NCBI RefSeq assembly: GCF_009834535.1
Contig: NC_045697.1
Coordinates: forward strand, 55,492,001 to 55,556,000
Direction of reading: 5' to 3'
Source: Camelus ferus
Taxonomy: Eukaryota
Length of the DNA stretch: 64,000 bases
Part shown: positions 1-13,047 of the stretch, piece by piece
Position numbering within the stretch: the first letter of the stretch is position 1
Layout of the letters: each line of letters starts with the position of its first letter
Notes under the pieces: generated by a model
What the model saw: only the letters and a program-made list of their open reading frames with translations
What the model was told of the DNA's origin: nothing
Databases searched by the model: none
Translations under genes and position numbers: made by a program

Positions 1-859
1 ATTTTATATGGCAATATTATCTAATTTATAGTTAATACTGTGTTTCTGACATATCCTTGTATTCCCTGTATTGTATTTATTGATATATTTTTGTCAACTG
101 ACTTAAACATATTTTAATTATTTCTTAACTGAAAACCTTTAACACTTGCCATGAATCCATAACTTTAAAAGAAAATAAACTAGTTAAATTAAAATGAACA
201 TTAGAGATATAATTTCTATTTTATCTACTTTATTCTTTCAACACCAGTTATCTTTGATTGTATGTCATTAGACAGTGCAAAACTTTTCAAACTACCTTTG
301 ATAGGCTTGGGTACTGATCTTTAAAACTAAATGAAACTTTGTGTCTCTTAAAAATAACAATGTGAAGAAAATTCCAAAATTCCTATTTTTCCAAATATAT
401 AAAGTGATTTGTCTGAATACTGTTTTCTAAAGTACAGGTAAAAGGGTCTTTTCTCTAAACTGCTACTACCTGGTTTGTGACAATACTTACAAAAATCTCT
501 AATGAATTTTAAGTGCTTCCTTACAATGCTTTCAATATTTTCAGAAAATATTAAAGAGGAATCCATAAGTTGTTCAGACAAGAAACGTTTAATTATTGCT
601 TAGTTGGAATAAATAAATGAGTTTTCCTAAACCCTAGTTATATTTTTAGTCATATATATAATTTGGTCATTTAGAGAGTTTACTGTGTACCAGAAACATT
701 TAAATTTTCTAACAATTTTACAAATTTGGTACTAGTACTAGCTACTTTAAAGCTGAGAAAATTGAGGTTCAAAAGGTGAAATTAAAAAGTAGATTTTTTG
801 GTACAAGGTATTTTCCTTGAACCCTGAGTTCTGGGACCTCAAAGGGTCTGGAACCAGAG

Positions 860-1181
860 CTTGAAGTTCATTGGGTCCCGGCTCCCTGCACAGAGTGGTT
901 GCAGATCTTTATTCCAACATGAATGTGAGGTTGAAGACTTCCTGAGACATGCTGGCCTCATATTGAGGGGGGAGGTGCTGAGGTAGGAACCATGCGATGG
1001 CTTTAAAGCTTTACTAGGATCTAACACACATCACTTCCATTCACATTTCATGGATCCATGCAAGTCAGGTATCCTGTATCAGTAGATGAGAATGACTAGC
1101 AAGGGAACTGGTCAAAGGGGGCCAGTCAGATAGGGCTAAGAAAGGGCAGTAAATGTTCTGAATAAGAAATACATGTACACA
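860..1181 (-). mobile_element. Old MaLR solo LTR fragment (MLT1K/L-like)
   Basis: Contains 'ctttaaagct...tcacttccattcacatttcatgg...gcaagtca' and ends 'aaatgttctgaataagaaatacatgtacaca', resembling the reverse strand of old MLT1 LTRs. Left boundary approximate. Confidence 0.55.
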
Positions 1182-1839
1182 CCCGTGGTTCCAACCAAGA
1201 ACAAAAAGTAAAGTTGAAAATACAATATAAGTGCTTTATTTTTATTAAACAATTGAATCTTTACTTTAGTAAATGAATAATATTTTAAAACAGACACTTA
1301 CTTACACACATAGCAAAAGTATCATTGGACATAAATACTTACTTATGGAAGAATCATTTTTTGTGTAATGACAGTTGAAAAGTTTTGTGGAAAAAAAATA
1401 TGGTGTTTCCACTTGCAATCTATTCTGAAAATGAATGCTTAAAAGTTGAAATCAGCCAGAAGTAGAGCTACTTCAGCAGGATCACTTGTCAATATAACTT
1501 TTGAAGATACTTCTAGTTTGACTCTGAGAGCTTTAACCAGAATATATATTTAAGAATAATTTTCATTTTTAAATTAACATCTGAATAAATTTATTAATCT
1601 TGTTCCCTCAGTATGTTCATATTTAAAAGCCATCATGATATTTTGCATTTGTTAAATTATTCTGTATGGAGAGTTTGAATTTATCTTTTTAAATGAAGGG
1701 CGTTTTCTTCTTTTTCTGTTGATTTTTAATGTTACCTCTGAAGCTGCTTTATCTAATTTATGGAGCTTTTATTCAGTTTAATAAGAGTGATTAATGTTTT
1801 TCCTCATAGTTAAAAATAGGAATATTTGAGAAACTAGAC

Positions 1840-3003
1840 TACTATCTATCTACACAAAATTTAACTCAAAATGGGTTAAAGACTTGAATGTAAGATCTGA
1901 CACCATAAAATTCCTAGAAGAAAACATAGGCAGTGAGCTCCTGGACATCAGTCTTAGTGACGTTCTTGCAGATCTGCCTGCAAAGGCAAGAGAAACAAAA
2001 GCAAAAAGAAATGGGACTAAATCAAACTAAAAAGCTTCTGCACAGTGAAGAAAACCATCATAAAAACAAAAAGACAACCTACTGAATGAGAAAAGATATT
2101 TGCAAATCATGTATCCAATAAGGGGTGAGGATCCAAAATACATAATGAACTCTTACAACTCAACAACAAAACAAACAACCCAATTAAAAATGATTAGAGA
2201 ATATGAATAAACATTTTCCCAAAGAAAATATACAGATAGCCAACAGGCACATGGAAAGATGGTCAACATCACTAATAATTAGGAAAAGGCAAAGAAAACC
2301 ACAATGAAATATTACCTCACACTTGCCAGAATGGCAAATATTGAAAAGATTAAAAAAACAAATGTTCAAGAAGATACAGAGAAAAGAGAACTGTTGTACA
2401 CTGTTTGTAAATGGGGACTGTAAATCAGTATAGCCACTATAGAAAACAATACGGAGATTCCTCAAAAAATTAAGATAGAACTATTACCCAGGATTTTACT
2501 TCCAGGTATATTTCTAAAAAACATGAAAACACTAATTCAAAAAGATATATGCACCCCTGTGTTCACTGCAGCATTATTTACAATATCCAAGATACGAAAA
2601 TGAAGTGTCCGTAGACAGATGAATGGATAAAGAAGATGTGGCATACATATACCATGAAATATTACTCAGCCATAAAAAAGAATGAACTCTTGCAACATTT
2701 GCAACAATGCATCCACATTTGCAACAATGTGGATGGAACTTGAAGTTATTATGCTATGTGAAAAAATAGATACAGGAAGACAAATACCATATTATTTTTC
2801 ATATATGAAATCTAAAAAAAACAAAACAAAACAAACAAAGTCATAGATACAGAGGGGAAGAGGGGAGGTAGATGTGAAATGAGTGAATGGCACCAACTCT
2901 ATGGTGATGGATGGCAACTAGACTTGTGGTGATCACTTTACAGTATATACAGATGTTGAACTATAATGCTGTACACCCTTAACTTATGATAATAAAAAAA
3001 AAA
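1840..3003 (+). mobile_element. 5'-truncated older L1: ORF2 C-terminal remnant, 3' UTR and A-tail
   Basis: Typical L1 ORF2 3' sequence (aactcaaaatgggttaaagacttgaatgtaaga; aaatgggactaaatcaaactaaaaagcttctgcacag; atatgcacccctgtgttcactgcagcattatttacaat), ending aataaaaaaaaaa. Many stops; no clear TSD. Confidence 0.9.
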
Positions 3004-3169
3004 GATTCTGAGGTACCTAGTCTGGGTGAAGGGCTAAATCATCATAGTGTTATCAGATAGAAGTAAATCAATAAATAGATAAATAAGTAGAAAGAAAGAT
3101 ATTGGTTGTGGGCTTTTTCAACATCCTCATGAGAACCATTACTTAATGTATTTTGTACATTAGTACGTG

Positions 3170-3292
3170 AGGAAGAGTCAGGGCCCATGTCTTATCTCTT
3201 GTGTTCACTACTGTATGCCCAGGTCTGGAACAGTGCATGGCACACGGGAAATACTTCATGTGCTTGCAAATGCTTGAATGTGTGAATAAATA
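3170..3292 (+). mobile_element. L2 3'-end fragment
   Basis: 'cagggcccatgtcttatctcttgtgttcactactgtatgcccagg...cagtgcatggcacac...tgcttgaatgtgtgaataaat' matches the L2 3' terminal pattern. Confidence 0.7.
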
Positions 3293-5829
3293 CAATGTAA
3301 AAGTTAAAAAAAGAGAGAATATTTGATTGTCACGTAAACACAGAATAGTCAATTATCTTTATTTTTAAAACTATTAAAGGTAAAGTCTTTTGATACTAAA
3401 AATGCACACAGTCTTCAATTAGTCTCAATATGTATAGAATATCTTTTTTCTCTGTTTTTAGGTATGTTTTCCCTTTCTAACTTCAATGAATACTATAATT
3501 CAGAGTGAAAGTAAAACCATTTTTTGATATAATTTCATAGAAACTTTCAGCATTCTATTTCTGTGGGGTAAATTCAGGAAATGGTTGCAATGTAGAATTT
3601 GGTCAAAAACTTTGTCTAGGTATTCTTGCCAACTTATTTTAAAATATGATAAATGGATTGATAAACATTGATATGGAAGTACAGACCAGGGATGTTTAAC
3701 CAAATGAAATGGAACAGAGGAAGGATGAACATCAGATGTGTAAGGAAAGATTCCAGAATTGACGAGGAAGCTGTTAGGTTTCAGAAATGGGATTTTCAGC
3801 AAAGGAAACTGTGCAATAGTGGGGTGACAGGTTGGCTCACTTTTGGTCATGCAAGTAGTCTAAAAGAGCCTGAGGTGATGAGGGCAAAATCCCGTGGAAC
3901 TCTGTCACAAGGATCAGGAATTGGGATACTATTTTATAGCTGAAAGAAAGCCACTCTAAGAATTTCGAGTATGGGGTTACTTTCTGGAAATAGCATTCTG
4001 GCAACAACCTTGAAAATGCTACAAGGAATAAGGATACTGGTTAGGAGACTCTTGAAATAATCTGGGCACAAGATCTGATAGCCAGATGTAAGGCACTGAT
4101 AGTGAGAGAGGATATAACAGAGCAAGAAAAGTTAACAAAAACTCATGTGTCACTAAAAAAAGTTAGAAGACTGCATTAATGCAAGAGAGAATATCCACAT
4201 TCATAATTATAATGCTCAAATATGCTCATAATTATAAGAACTCATGAAATAATTGAAACATGGAACAGACAGCCTTGCTCTTAAAAGCCATTTCAAGTGA
4301 TCTTCAAGGGGAAATGGTTTTCAAATGACCATTTGGTATATTAAAAGTATAGCAGTCAATATAACAGTAAATTAATTTTTAAAAATATCTTTTGACAAAC
4401 GATTAAATCAATACTATTTATTCATGGAAATTCTTACATATTTATCCCAACTTTTGAATTATATGCCTTATTAGTGAAAAGTTTTAAATATTCTATTCCA
4501 ATATATGTTTATTAACTTCAATTAGCTGTATATATACAACACCAAATTAATAAATACTTATATTGTAAAAATACATTAAACATAGTTAAGTTAATGAGGT
4601 GAGGCCTATGTACATAAAATATTTAATGATACTTTTATTATAATATTTCTGTTGTGAGCAAATGATTGTTTCATGATTTTTGAAAATTTGGGTTTATCCA
4701 TTTAGGGATCTTTTGCAAAATCCATTTTTTAATATAATATTTTTACTGATAATCATAGTTTAAGAAAGAAAACTACCTTACAAAAATGACATGGAAAAAG
4801 AGGCACCTTAAATACACTTATTAAATCATTATGATGATTTTTCAATCTCATTGTCCGATTATATACAGATTTTTGCTGAAATACACATAGAAAATGTCTA
4901 TTTTCCCTGACCCTGGAGTTCTTACAAACTAAGATACTGCATTATTTTTATATTTTTACCAAATAAATTTAAAAGCACTGAAATTTTTACTTTAGAAGCT
5001 TTGTAGCTTCTAAATCTTATTTCAATGTTTTGAAATTATCACATATAGGTGGCACATAATCATTTTTGGCAACAGAATCACCTAAAGATGAAAAAATTTG
5101 TAAGTATCTATTTTTAAAACTAGTCTCTCCATAGAAAAACTTTCCTTTGGATAGCAGTTACCTTCTCCCCTAATATTAAAATGCCACCTTTATATTGTAA
5201 TGACAGATTAACTGTCTATTCTTTTTGAATATGACTGCTTGGTAGCAAACTGCTGACTTATAACAGAAAAGGTCAGCAAATTTGAAATACTTATCTCTTT
5301 GTAAAATGGAAAAAAAAATGAGTGGGAGAATGGAAACTGTGTGATTCCTCTTTAAACTCAATCCATTACATTACAGATGACTGTAGAATTTACTATTTAA
5401 AAGTATTTTTTCCAAAAAATATTTAACCATATTAGAGGCATCTTACACCTAAAGAGTACAATATATTGTAAATTTCTGCTATGGAAAGACTGAGTCCATC
5501 ATTATCAAACCTTTATAATTACACAGCCTTCCTTTAGGAATCCTTTCACATCAGAAGTGACAAGTGACTGACAGAAATGTGGACCTGGGGAGGGCATCAG
5601 TGTCACTCCATTCATTGATTGTTAGTAAAGCATAATTACTTTCTTATTTTTGGTCAAATATAAGTAGGTATTACATTATTTCTTTCTCTCATTTAATCAT
5701 ATTTCCACACAAGGAGATTTCAAATCAAGGATCAGAAAACATTTAGTCACTAACTAAAAGCCCTCATTGTTCCGCTAGTGACATGGGTGATACAGAAATC
5801 TCTGGTTCTATCAGAAACTACAGTCACAT

Positions 5830-6296
5830 GTGGGATTCCTAAACTTTTGTGTGTGTACCGTGTATCCCTTTGCTGTCAGGTAAAGATTGCATGCCCCTTT
5901 TAAAATAATGTTTTTAATTGAAAATAACAAAATGCATGCAATTACAAAAAAAGTAGTTATATTGAAAATTAGCTATAAAAATTTAAAAATCAAAACAGAG
6001 TAATATATCTGCTTCTTTATGAATGTATTAACCAACAAGATCTAGTGGTGGTTTCAATAGCAACTGAAATTTTTTAATGATAAATGCAAGTACACTTTCA
6101 TGAATAGTCTGTAATTTATATTGATTACAAATTCATAAGCATTACTACTACTATAGTCTATTATCCATGTTTATAATGCAGGGCAATGTTAATTTTCAGT
6201 TAAAGGTTGGTGAAAACATAAATATAAGTAGTATTTTCCCATCCTGATTCATGGACTGCCTGACTTCTATTCATAGATTCTGGGTTAAACCCCTCT
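5830..6296. mobile_element. hAT-Charlie non-autonomous DNA transposon fossil (Charlie4a/MER80-like)
   Basis: Degenerate termini 'gggattcctaaac' and 'gggttaaacccct'. Internal 'taatatatctgcttctttatgaatgtattaaccaacaagatctag' and 'aattttcagttaaaggttggtgaaaa' match the recalled Charlie4a consensus. Confidence 0.7.
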
Positions 6297-9200
6297 AACA
6301 GAAAACTCATCAAGTGAGAATATCAAAGACTGGGTTTAGTGACAACTAGTCATGTCACAAAAATTAGGTAGAAGAGAATAAGTGTAAAAGGCAAAGTGTT
6401 TCATTTTTACAAAATAAGTAGAATTGTAGTTTCTCCCAACTTTAATAGCTTTTGCTCAAGTTTAGATGGAGATATGGATGGACAGAACATGGAAAGACAT
6501 TTTTTAAACATCAACTACTTTCAAGGAATAAGAATTTCTGGGTCATCTTCACAACACACACACACACACACGGTTTACAAATACCTAAGCTTTTAGGGAA
6601 TCAAAGGCAATTCAGGATATAACCAATATGTCCTGAAATTAAGTCTTAATGGGTAGCAAAGAAATACCTAGGAGATTATTGGACAAGAAAGACTTGACCA
6701 AATCATGCCAGTGGTAATTTGGGTGGACAAATAAAACTATGTCTCAGTGGATAGCCAAGGACCAGCTGGGTCCCACATCCCCTCCTGCAAAACAGACATA
6801 CCTGAATCCTGCTCTGAATCCTACTACTGCTACTGTTCCTCACAGAATTATAAACTTAAAAGATAATGTCAAATGGAAGCCAAGCCCTCCACTGTAGAAG
6901 CCTCTGGAAGTTTGAAGCATGGGGCCTGTTTCTCCCCACCAAGATAAACCTGAATTTTGTCACAGTGCACTCAAACATGTGCAGAGACCGGGGTCTGCAG
7001 AGTCAGCTGGGGCCACAATGCCCACACCCGCTCAGGAACAGGAGCCTATCATGCACCTAGAAAGCTGAACAGTTACTCCTTCTCCTTGTCTAACTGGTGT
7101 GAACAGAGGAGAGTGATCCAGCAGTTAAAGGAGAAAAGTTGGGGCCTTTTCTCACCCTTAAGCACATAGGAAATAAGGTCTAGAATTCATAGTTCCATCT
7201 ATACCATTTTAGAATCTATGAATTAATACACTGACTTTGTGTGTAGTTTTGCAGAATATAGCAGGTTTGGATTGCTGAGTCTCTTACCCTTTCTCTTAGA
7301 TAACCACTATTTGACATTAAAAAATCCTTAATGTAATAAGCACATGACAGTACTAAATTTAAAAATGCAAAATAAGTTTTTCTTTGAAGCCTTCTATTGT
7401 GATTACAGATTTGGCAGAAATATTTGCTGGAATGGAAAGGGAGCATGCACTTAAAACCTTATTTGGTGAAGTAATCTGAAAGAAAAGAAGGTAAAAGAAT
7501 AGATGAAAAGCTCTTTAGTGAAGGCCTTACATGTTTTACTTCTATCCTATTTACATATTTGTTTTTCTTTTTTTTATCTTTGTAAGGGAATTTTCCTTGT
7601 TGAAATATGTTACACTGTTCTTTGGATCCTGAAACTGCTGCTGAAGTCAGATGACAACCATTTGCAGTTCCTGGCACCCCAATCCCCTGCTGTCAGGATT
7701 GTAAACGATGCTACTTTTCAACAAAGCAGTGATCCAGTGAGGGGATTAGAGGCATGAATTTTAACTGACAAAATATGAGTTTGAAGTTAACAAGAGGCTT
7801 TTTCAGTGGCTATGTTCAGAGAATACTGTTGCTAGCAAGATTAGAGGTGCAGCTGCTGCTTTTATTTGTCACTGTAAGTGGAAATCACCAAAAACCTCAT
7901 CAGCTAGGTTTAAAGACATAATGGGATAGTCAAGTGTGAATGAGTTTGTTCTGTCTGTCTATATTGGCTTCCACCTGATCAGAGCATGCTTTTACTCTCA
8001 AGAATAACTGAATAATTGTTGCTGGGGGAGGGGGGAAGGACTTACCACTATGACTAACAGAGAGCCTTTATATCATCTAAATTGGATCTGCTGTGACAAT
8101 CCGTTATTCACCACACCACTATACATATGCTGAGTTTAAGCATAAAGTTAATGTATGGTTGTAAGCAGCAAGCTCTCACCTCTCTCATATTTTTCATCAG
8201 GCAGATGTTTCTTCAAGTTTTTGATGAAATTAGATATGTATGTATTTTTAACAAATCACTTAATTTTTTTCTTTTTTTGGTTGAGATTTAATTTGATTCC
8301 TTTACGTAATCTTTGTGCCAAGGAGGGAAGTTTTCTTCTGCCAAGGCCACACTGGTCTCCTAACTCCAGGAACTGTGTGAGCCAAGCAGACAAGTGAGAG
8401 ACGACATTGGCCTTGTATCAGTATGAGGGGTGGTGCCCTCAGGGCCTGGCCTGTGATTTGGAGATGATCAACAAAGAAGCAAGTATACATCAGGATTGAA
8501 AGGTTAGTCAGGGTTCCAGCTGGAATTGGCTCCCTTTATTTTAGTTGAAGAAATTCTATTTCTTTTAAAATGTACTATTTTTATTAATGCACACATTCAT
8601 TTAGTGTTTATGAAATTGTTTCTTGTGGATGCTGGATTCTTTTTGTAACAATTTTGATCCCATAACATGGGTGCTCAATGGAAAAGGTGGTATTTATTAC
8701 TTAAATGACACACTGACTGAGAATCAGGTGCTTAGTAGTTGTTTTTGCATCATCTAATGACATGATTTGTATCATATCTTTAGTGTTGCAACTAAGCAAC
8801 AGAGAACCATAGGCTGCTGTGTGATTTTCCAACTGCAATGAAAAGTTTAACAAATACTCAGCTGTCACCCATAGTACTTCTTAGTATGTCCAGTTAAATC
8901 CTACTCATTCTTAAGATAACAGTTCAATGAGATTTTTATATCTAAACTTTGGGCATCTTTGGTCATTTCCACTGCCTAGAACTTTGATAGTTAATTGCTT
9001 ACCTAAGTAAAAAAAAATAACATTAGTCTACACCTCTGTCCAATTGAATGAAGAAGCTATTTCTTCTGTTTTCCCTCACTTTTTAGTATAATGCATGATA
9101 TATGGTAAGGATTCAATAAATATATGGATTTATTAAATAAAATAGTGAATTGATTAACATTGCTTCTGAGGAAGCTTATATCATAGTGGGGAAAAAGGTA

Positions 9201-9668
9201 AAACACTAATGTAAACATAATTCAATACACGATAAAAAAATAAGCACATGGTGTTATGGGAAAACAGTAGTGAAATTCAGAACTCAGTTTGGTGACTTCT
9301 AGAAAAGGCTTTGAATAGAAAACCTGTCTTGAACATATTCCATCCTCTCCAGCTACCTCATACATCCTTGCTGTATCTGTCAGATTGTCTCTGGCACATA
9401 AACATACTCATTTTCTTTCTCATCTTAAAACAACTATCCCAAGCACCACTCCAGAAACTTATTTAATTTGGATATAAAATATGTAAGATCTCTTCCACTG
9501 GGATGGGAGGAAGGATGAAAGGAATGATCTTACATAAAAGTAAATTGTGTGGAAAGGAAGTGAGTTGAGACAGTTTCTACATTATCTTATCTTTTCTTCT
9601 CCGATGGAATGTAGTCAAGTTTATCCCTGAAAGTGATGAGAGGGAGGTTCAGAAAAACACTAAAGATT

Positions 9669-9712
9669 TGCAGCATTTTCTGAGCAGAACTGCAGCATTT
9701 TCTGAGCAGAAC
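9669..9712. repeat. Perfect 22-bp tandem duplication
   Basis: tgcagcattttctgagcagaac at 9669-9690 and again at 9691-9712. Confidence 0.97.
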
Positions 9713-10199
9713 GTGACAAAACATTACTGCGTTATATGGAACAATTTTCAAGATGAACTCTAGACCAAACTGGATGTGAGTATTCTGTGCTTTTTACTAG
9801 CACTACTCCATCCAAATGCCTACGTGATTTTTTTTTTCTCCAGAAATTCTATTCATTTTTTTAAAAAAATTATTGTATTGGATAAAATCTTTAAAACGAT
9901 TTAAACAGTTGGAGAAATTTGTTTTAACTTCACTGAGAATTGTGTGGAGTTTAATATGGCATTTGCAGTTTGTAAAGAAATTTTATCTTTTATTTTGATA
10001 TAGTTAATCCATTCCAGGCATCATTTAACAAGTTTTTTTTTCAAAGCATAAGTGGCTGTAATAGGTAATTATGCATTATTGAATGCTTTCTAGTGCTTAC
10101 TGATATTATTATACTTTTCCCATAATGCAAAATAGATTGAGCTATGTAAATAAAACTTGAATTTTGAATCATCCTTCTCTTTCTAGGTTGAAACAAACC

Positions 10200-11230
10200 T
10201 AATTGACCATGGTCTGTGTTCATCACTCTGTTTGATTTGTTTAACAGTGGTCTTTTGTGGAATTTTTCCATTTGTATTTGTAATATAGGTCTAAATTTTG
10301 TTTGTTTTTTAATTTTTTTTCCTCTTAGTATTCTTTATCTATTTGGTTGATTTAAGCTTAGTTTCAACCTATCCCTACCCAATGAATTGTATGCTGCCCT
10401 CATTAATTACATTTGGAAGGACTTTTGCTATAATTTACCTATAAGACCACTAGGATTTTTTTTGATGTTTATTATTGATAAAGTTTTTCATTTCTTCAGG
10501 GCAATCAGTCTCTATTCTTACCTCTTGCTGAGAGAGTTGTACTAATTTCCAGTTGCTTCCAAGGGGGAAAAAACTATTTTATAACTATTATCAAGAGCAT
10601 TTATCTAAAGTTATAGTAATCTGCTTTAGATGATGTATTCTCTTTGAATTTGTGGCTTATTACCTTTATCATTTGCAGTGTTATATATGTATGTTTTTCC
10701 TTTGTGTTCTTCATTTGCCAAAATTGGATTGTGGGGTTATCCTTATATTTTCAAAGAAAATGTGTAAATCCAATATCTGATAATTCTATTGGTGTTTTCC
10801 AAGCTAGTTATTTTTCCTGTTGTCATTACTTAAAAATATCTTTTTCCAAAATACTTGAGTGGAAGGTTTAATTTATTTGTAGTCAGTATAACTGAAGGCT
10901 ATGAAAACTTCTCAGAATACTGCTTAAGCTGCATTTTAAAAAAATTTAAGTCTGTAAATAACTGGAAATTGATGCTTCCACTTTTGTGATCTAAAGGTTA
11001 TTTTGTTCTTTGGAAAAATCTGTTCATTTTAAAATTAGTTTTGCTAATAACAAGTTTTATCACACTGGCGTTAGATGAATCCAGTAAATTAGATTTGTAC
11101 TTACATAAGTAAAGGTGTGTATGTGAGCATGGGGAAGGGGGAGGCAGCTAATCAATTTTGATAATATATGTGTTTGAGAGAAATATTCATCTTTACAGGG
11201 TAAGTATATGTTGGCATTCATATCATATTT
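10200..11230 (-). mobile_element. Highly decayed ancient L1 (L1ME-like) fragment
   Basis: T-rich sequence with degenerate antisense-L1 phrases (e.g. 'gctatgaaaacttctcagaatactgcttaagctgcatt'). Boundaries uncertain. Confidence 0.45.
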
Positions 11231-11599
11231 CTTGTTTTGTGTCTGTCCAGTGAACTGGAAGTTTTATTTCTTTGTTTTCATTCCACTGCTGGTTATAAGA
11301 ATGAACACCATTTCTATTTCAATATTAATATATAAAGATTCAACTATAGATGTGCTTACACCTACTCCTATACAAAAAGAAAACATCTTTACTGTACTTT
11401 AACTTTCCTGCCACCATAGGAAATTTACTTCTGGTATTATTGTTAACATTGTGCCATTTTGATTTTGCTTTCTTTGAGAATTATATTGTATATCACAGAT
11501 CACTTATCAAACATTATATAGGTATAAAAATATTGTCAAAAGCTACACTATTTATTATAATTTAAAATATTGTTTAAGCCCTTGCCTGCTTAGAATACA

Positions 11600-11740
11600 A
11601 TAACCTATTCAACCTTTATGATAAACCTATAAGCCAAATACTATTAACTCCTTTCTTTAAATATAAAGGAGTAAGGAAAAGAGAAGTACAGTAAATGGCC
11701 AGGGTACACAGTTGGTATGAGATAGAACTGGAATTTGAGT
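11600..11740 (-). mobile_element. MIR fragment
   Basis: 'aaacctat...ctattaactcc...gagaagtacagtaaatggccagggtacacagttggtatgagatagaactggaatttga' resembles the MIR core. Confidence 0.6.
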
Positions 11741-13047
11741 GGGTGGGGATACTTCTTTACTAAAAGTCCTGTTACACATCTTGCTACAGTGTATCACAGC
11801 TTAGTATTTTCATATATATTCTAAAGGTCTTGTTTGCTCACTTATTTCTCCTGTGTATTAAATCTATCAAGAAATGCACGTTTGACCATAGCTTCTAAAA
11901 AGGCATAAACTAAGAAATTTTATATTGAGACACAGATGCAGATAAAGGGAGATTGCTAAGTATTTACAAATTCAGTTCCAAAACCTAGATATTGGGCTTG
12001 TTTGTCCTGGTCTGCTGAAAGGCAGAATTCTGCTTAGTGCCATTATAAACTGTCTTTGTATGCTAATTGAGAGAGAAAAAATAACAAGCTTCCATTTAAT
12101 AGTCTTTCTCTGAACTGGTAAATATTTCTCTCCAAAATGTGGCTAAATACTCTTCAACTTGGATGTGCCTTAAAGAAGTCAGTGAGGAGACAGGTATTTA
12201 CCCACTTGCACCCTTATCCAGTTATATACCTTGTATCTATGACTATTAGCTACTTTGAAAGTAAACTAACTTAAATGCAGCATGTTACCAAACAAACTTA
12301 TATTGTGGTCATCCTCAAACTGAGCCCAGTCTTTGTGGCTGCCTATATCAGTTTTATTAAAGTTGGAATGCTTCCTGAAGTAGTCTGTTTTAGAGAAGTT
12401 GTATGGGTGTCATATATTCTGTGATGTGGCAAGTTTAGAAATGTCTTTCTTTCATCTTTACACGTGAAACATATAAATAGGGTTTACCACACTTATTCTT
12501 GTATCTTCAATAGCTTATATTGTGGGAAGGAAATGGCAGACTCTTTTCCTTTAGCAATTTTTTTTTTTCTGTTTACAAGCTTACAAAATGCTTACTGTAT
12601 TCTTAAATTCAGAAGTTTCAGAAATATAAACAGATTATTTAGATGTGGATCTTTCAAAAAAGCCTCCCTTGGCCTAAGTGAGCTGCTCTGGTTGCCAGTG
12701 GGCTGCTATCAACTCGGTCTAGTGTATTGGAAAGGAACTGGCTCATGAAGCTAAATAACCAGGAGAGTAGCCTGGTTATCTCTAAGCTCCAGTTCCGTCC
12801 AAGCACCTGCACAAGCATGGACAGTGGTAAGATCAGTGTTGCACTTTTTTTTCAGGCTCTATCTGGCTCAGATAAGAATCTGATGATTCTGGCCTGAAGG
12901 TGGTGCCCTTTTGAGTTTGATAATATAATTATGTTTTAATCTGAAAAGGGATGATCTTACAAAATATCTATCTGTCCCCTATATAGGCCTCACTTCAGCT
13001 ACCATATGTACCCTCCTTCTAATATTGCTCAAAAGTAAGTCTTTCTT

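Noticed and set aside
3500..4125. Overlapping ORFs up to 116 aa
   Set aside because: No recognisable domain or splice structure. Possibly an ancient LTR-like remnant that I cannot assign.
4991..5014. Perfect 10-bp hairpin tttagaagct-ttgt-agcttctaaa
   Set aside because: An isolated short AT-rich stem, plausible by chance in 64 kb, with no ncRNA context.
5049..5099. Possible 51-nt exon (ag|...|gtaagt) with one open frame
   Set aside because: The polypyrimidine tract is weak, the peptide is not recognisable and no partner exons are evident. It would need RNA-seq support.
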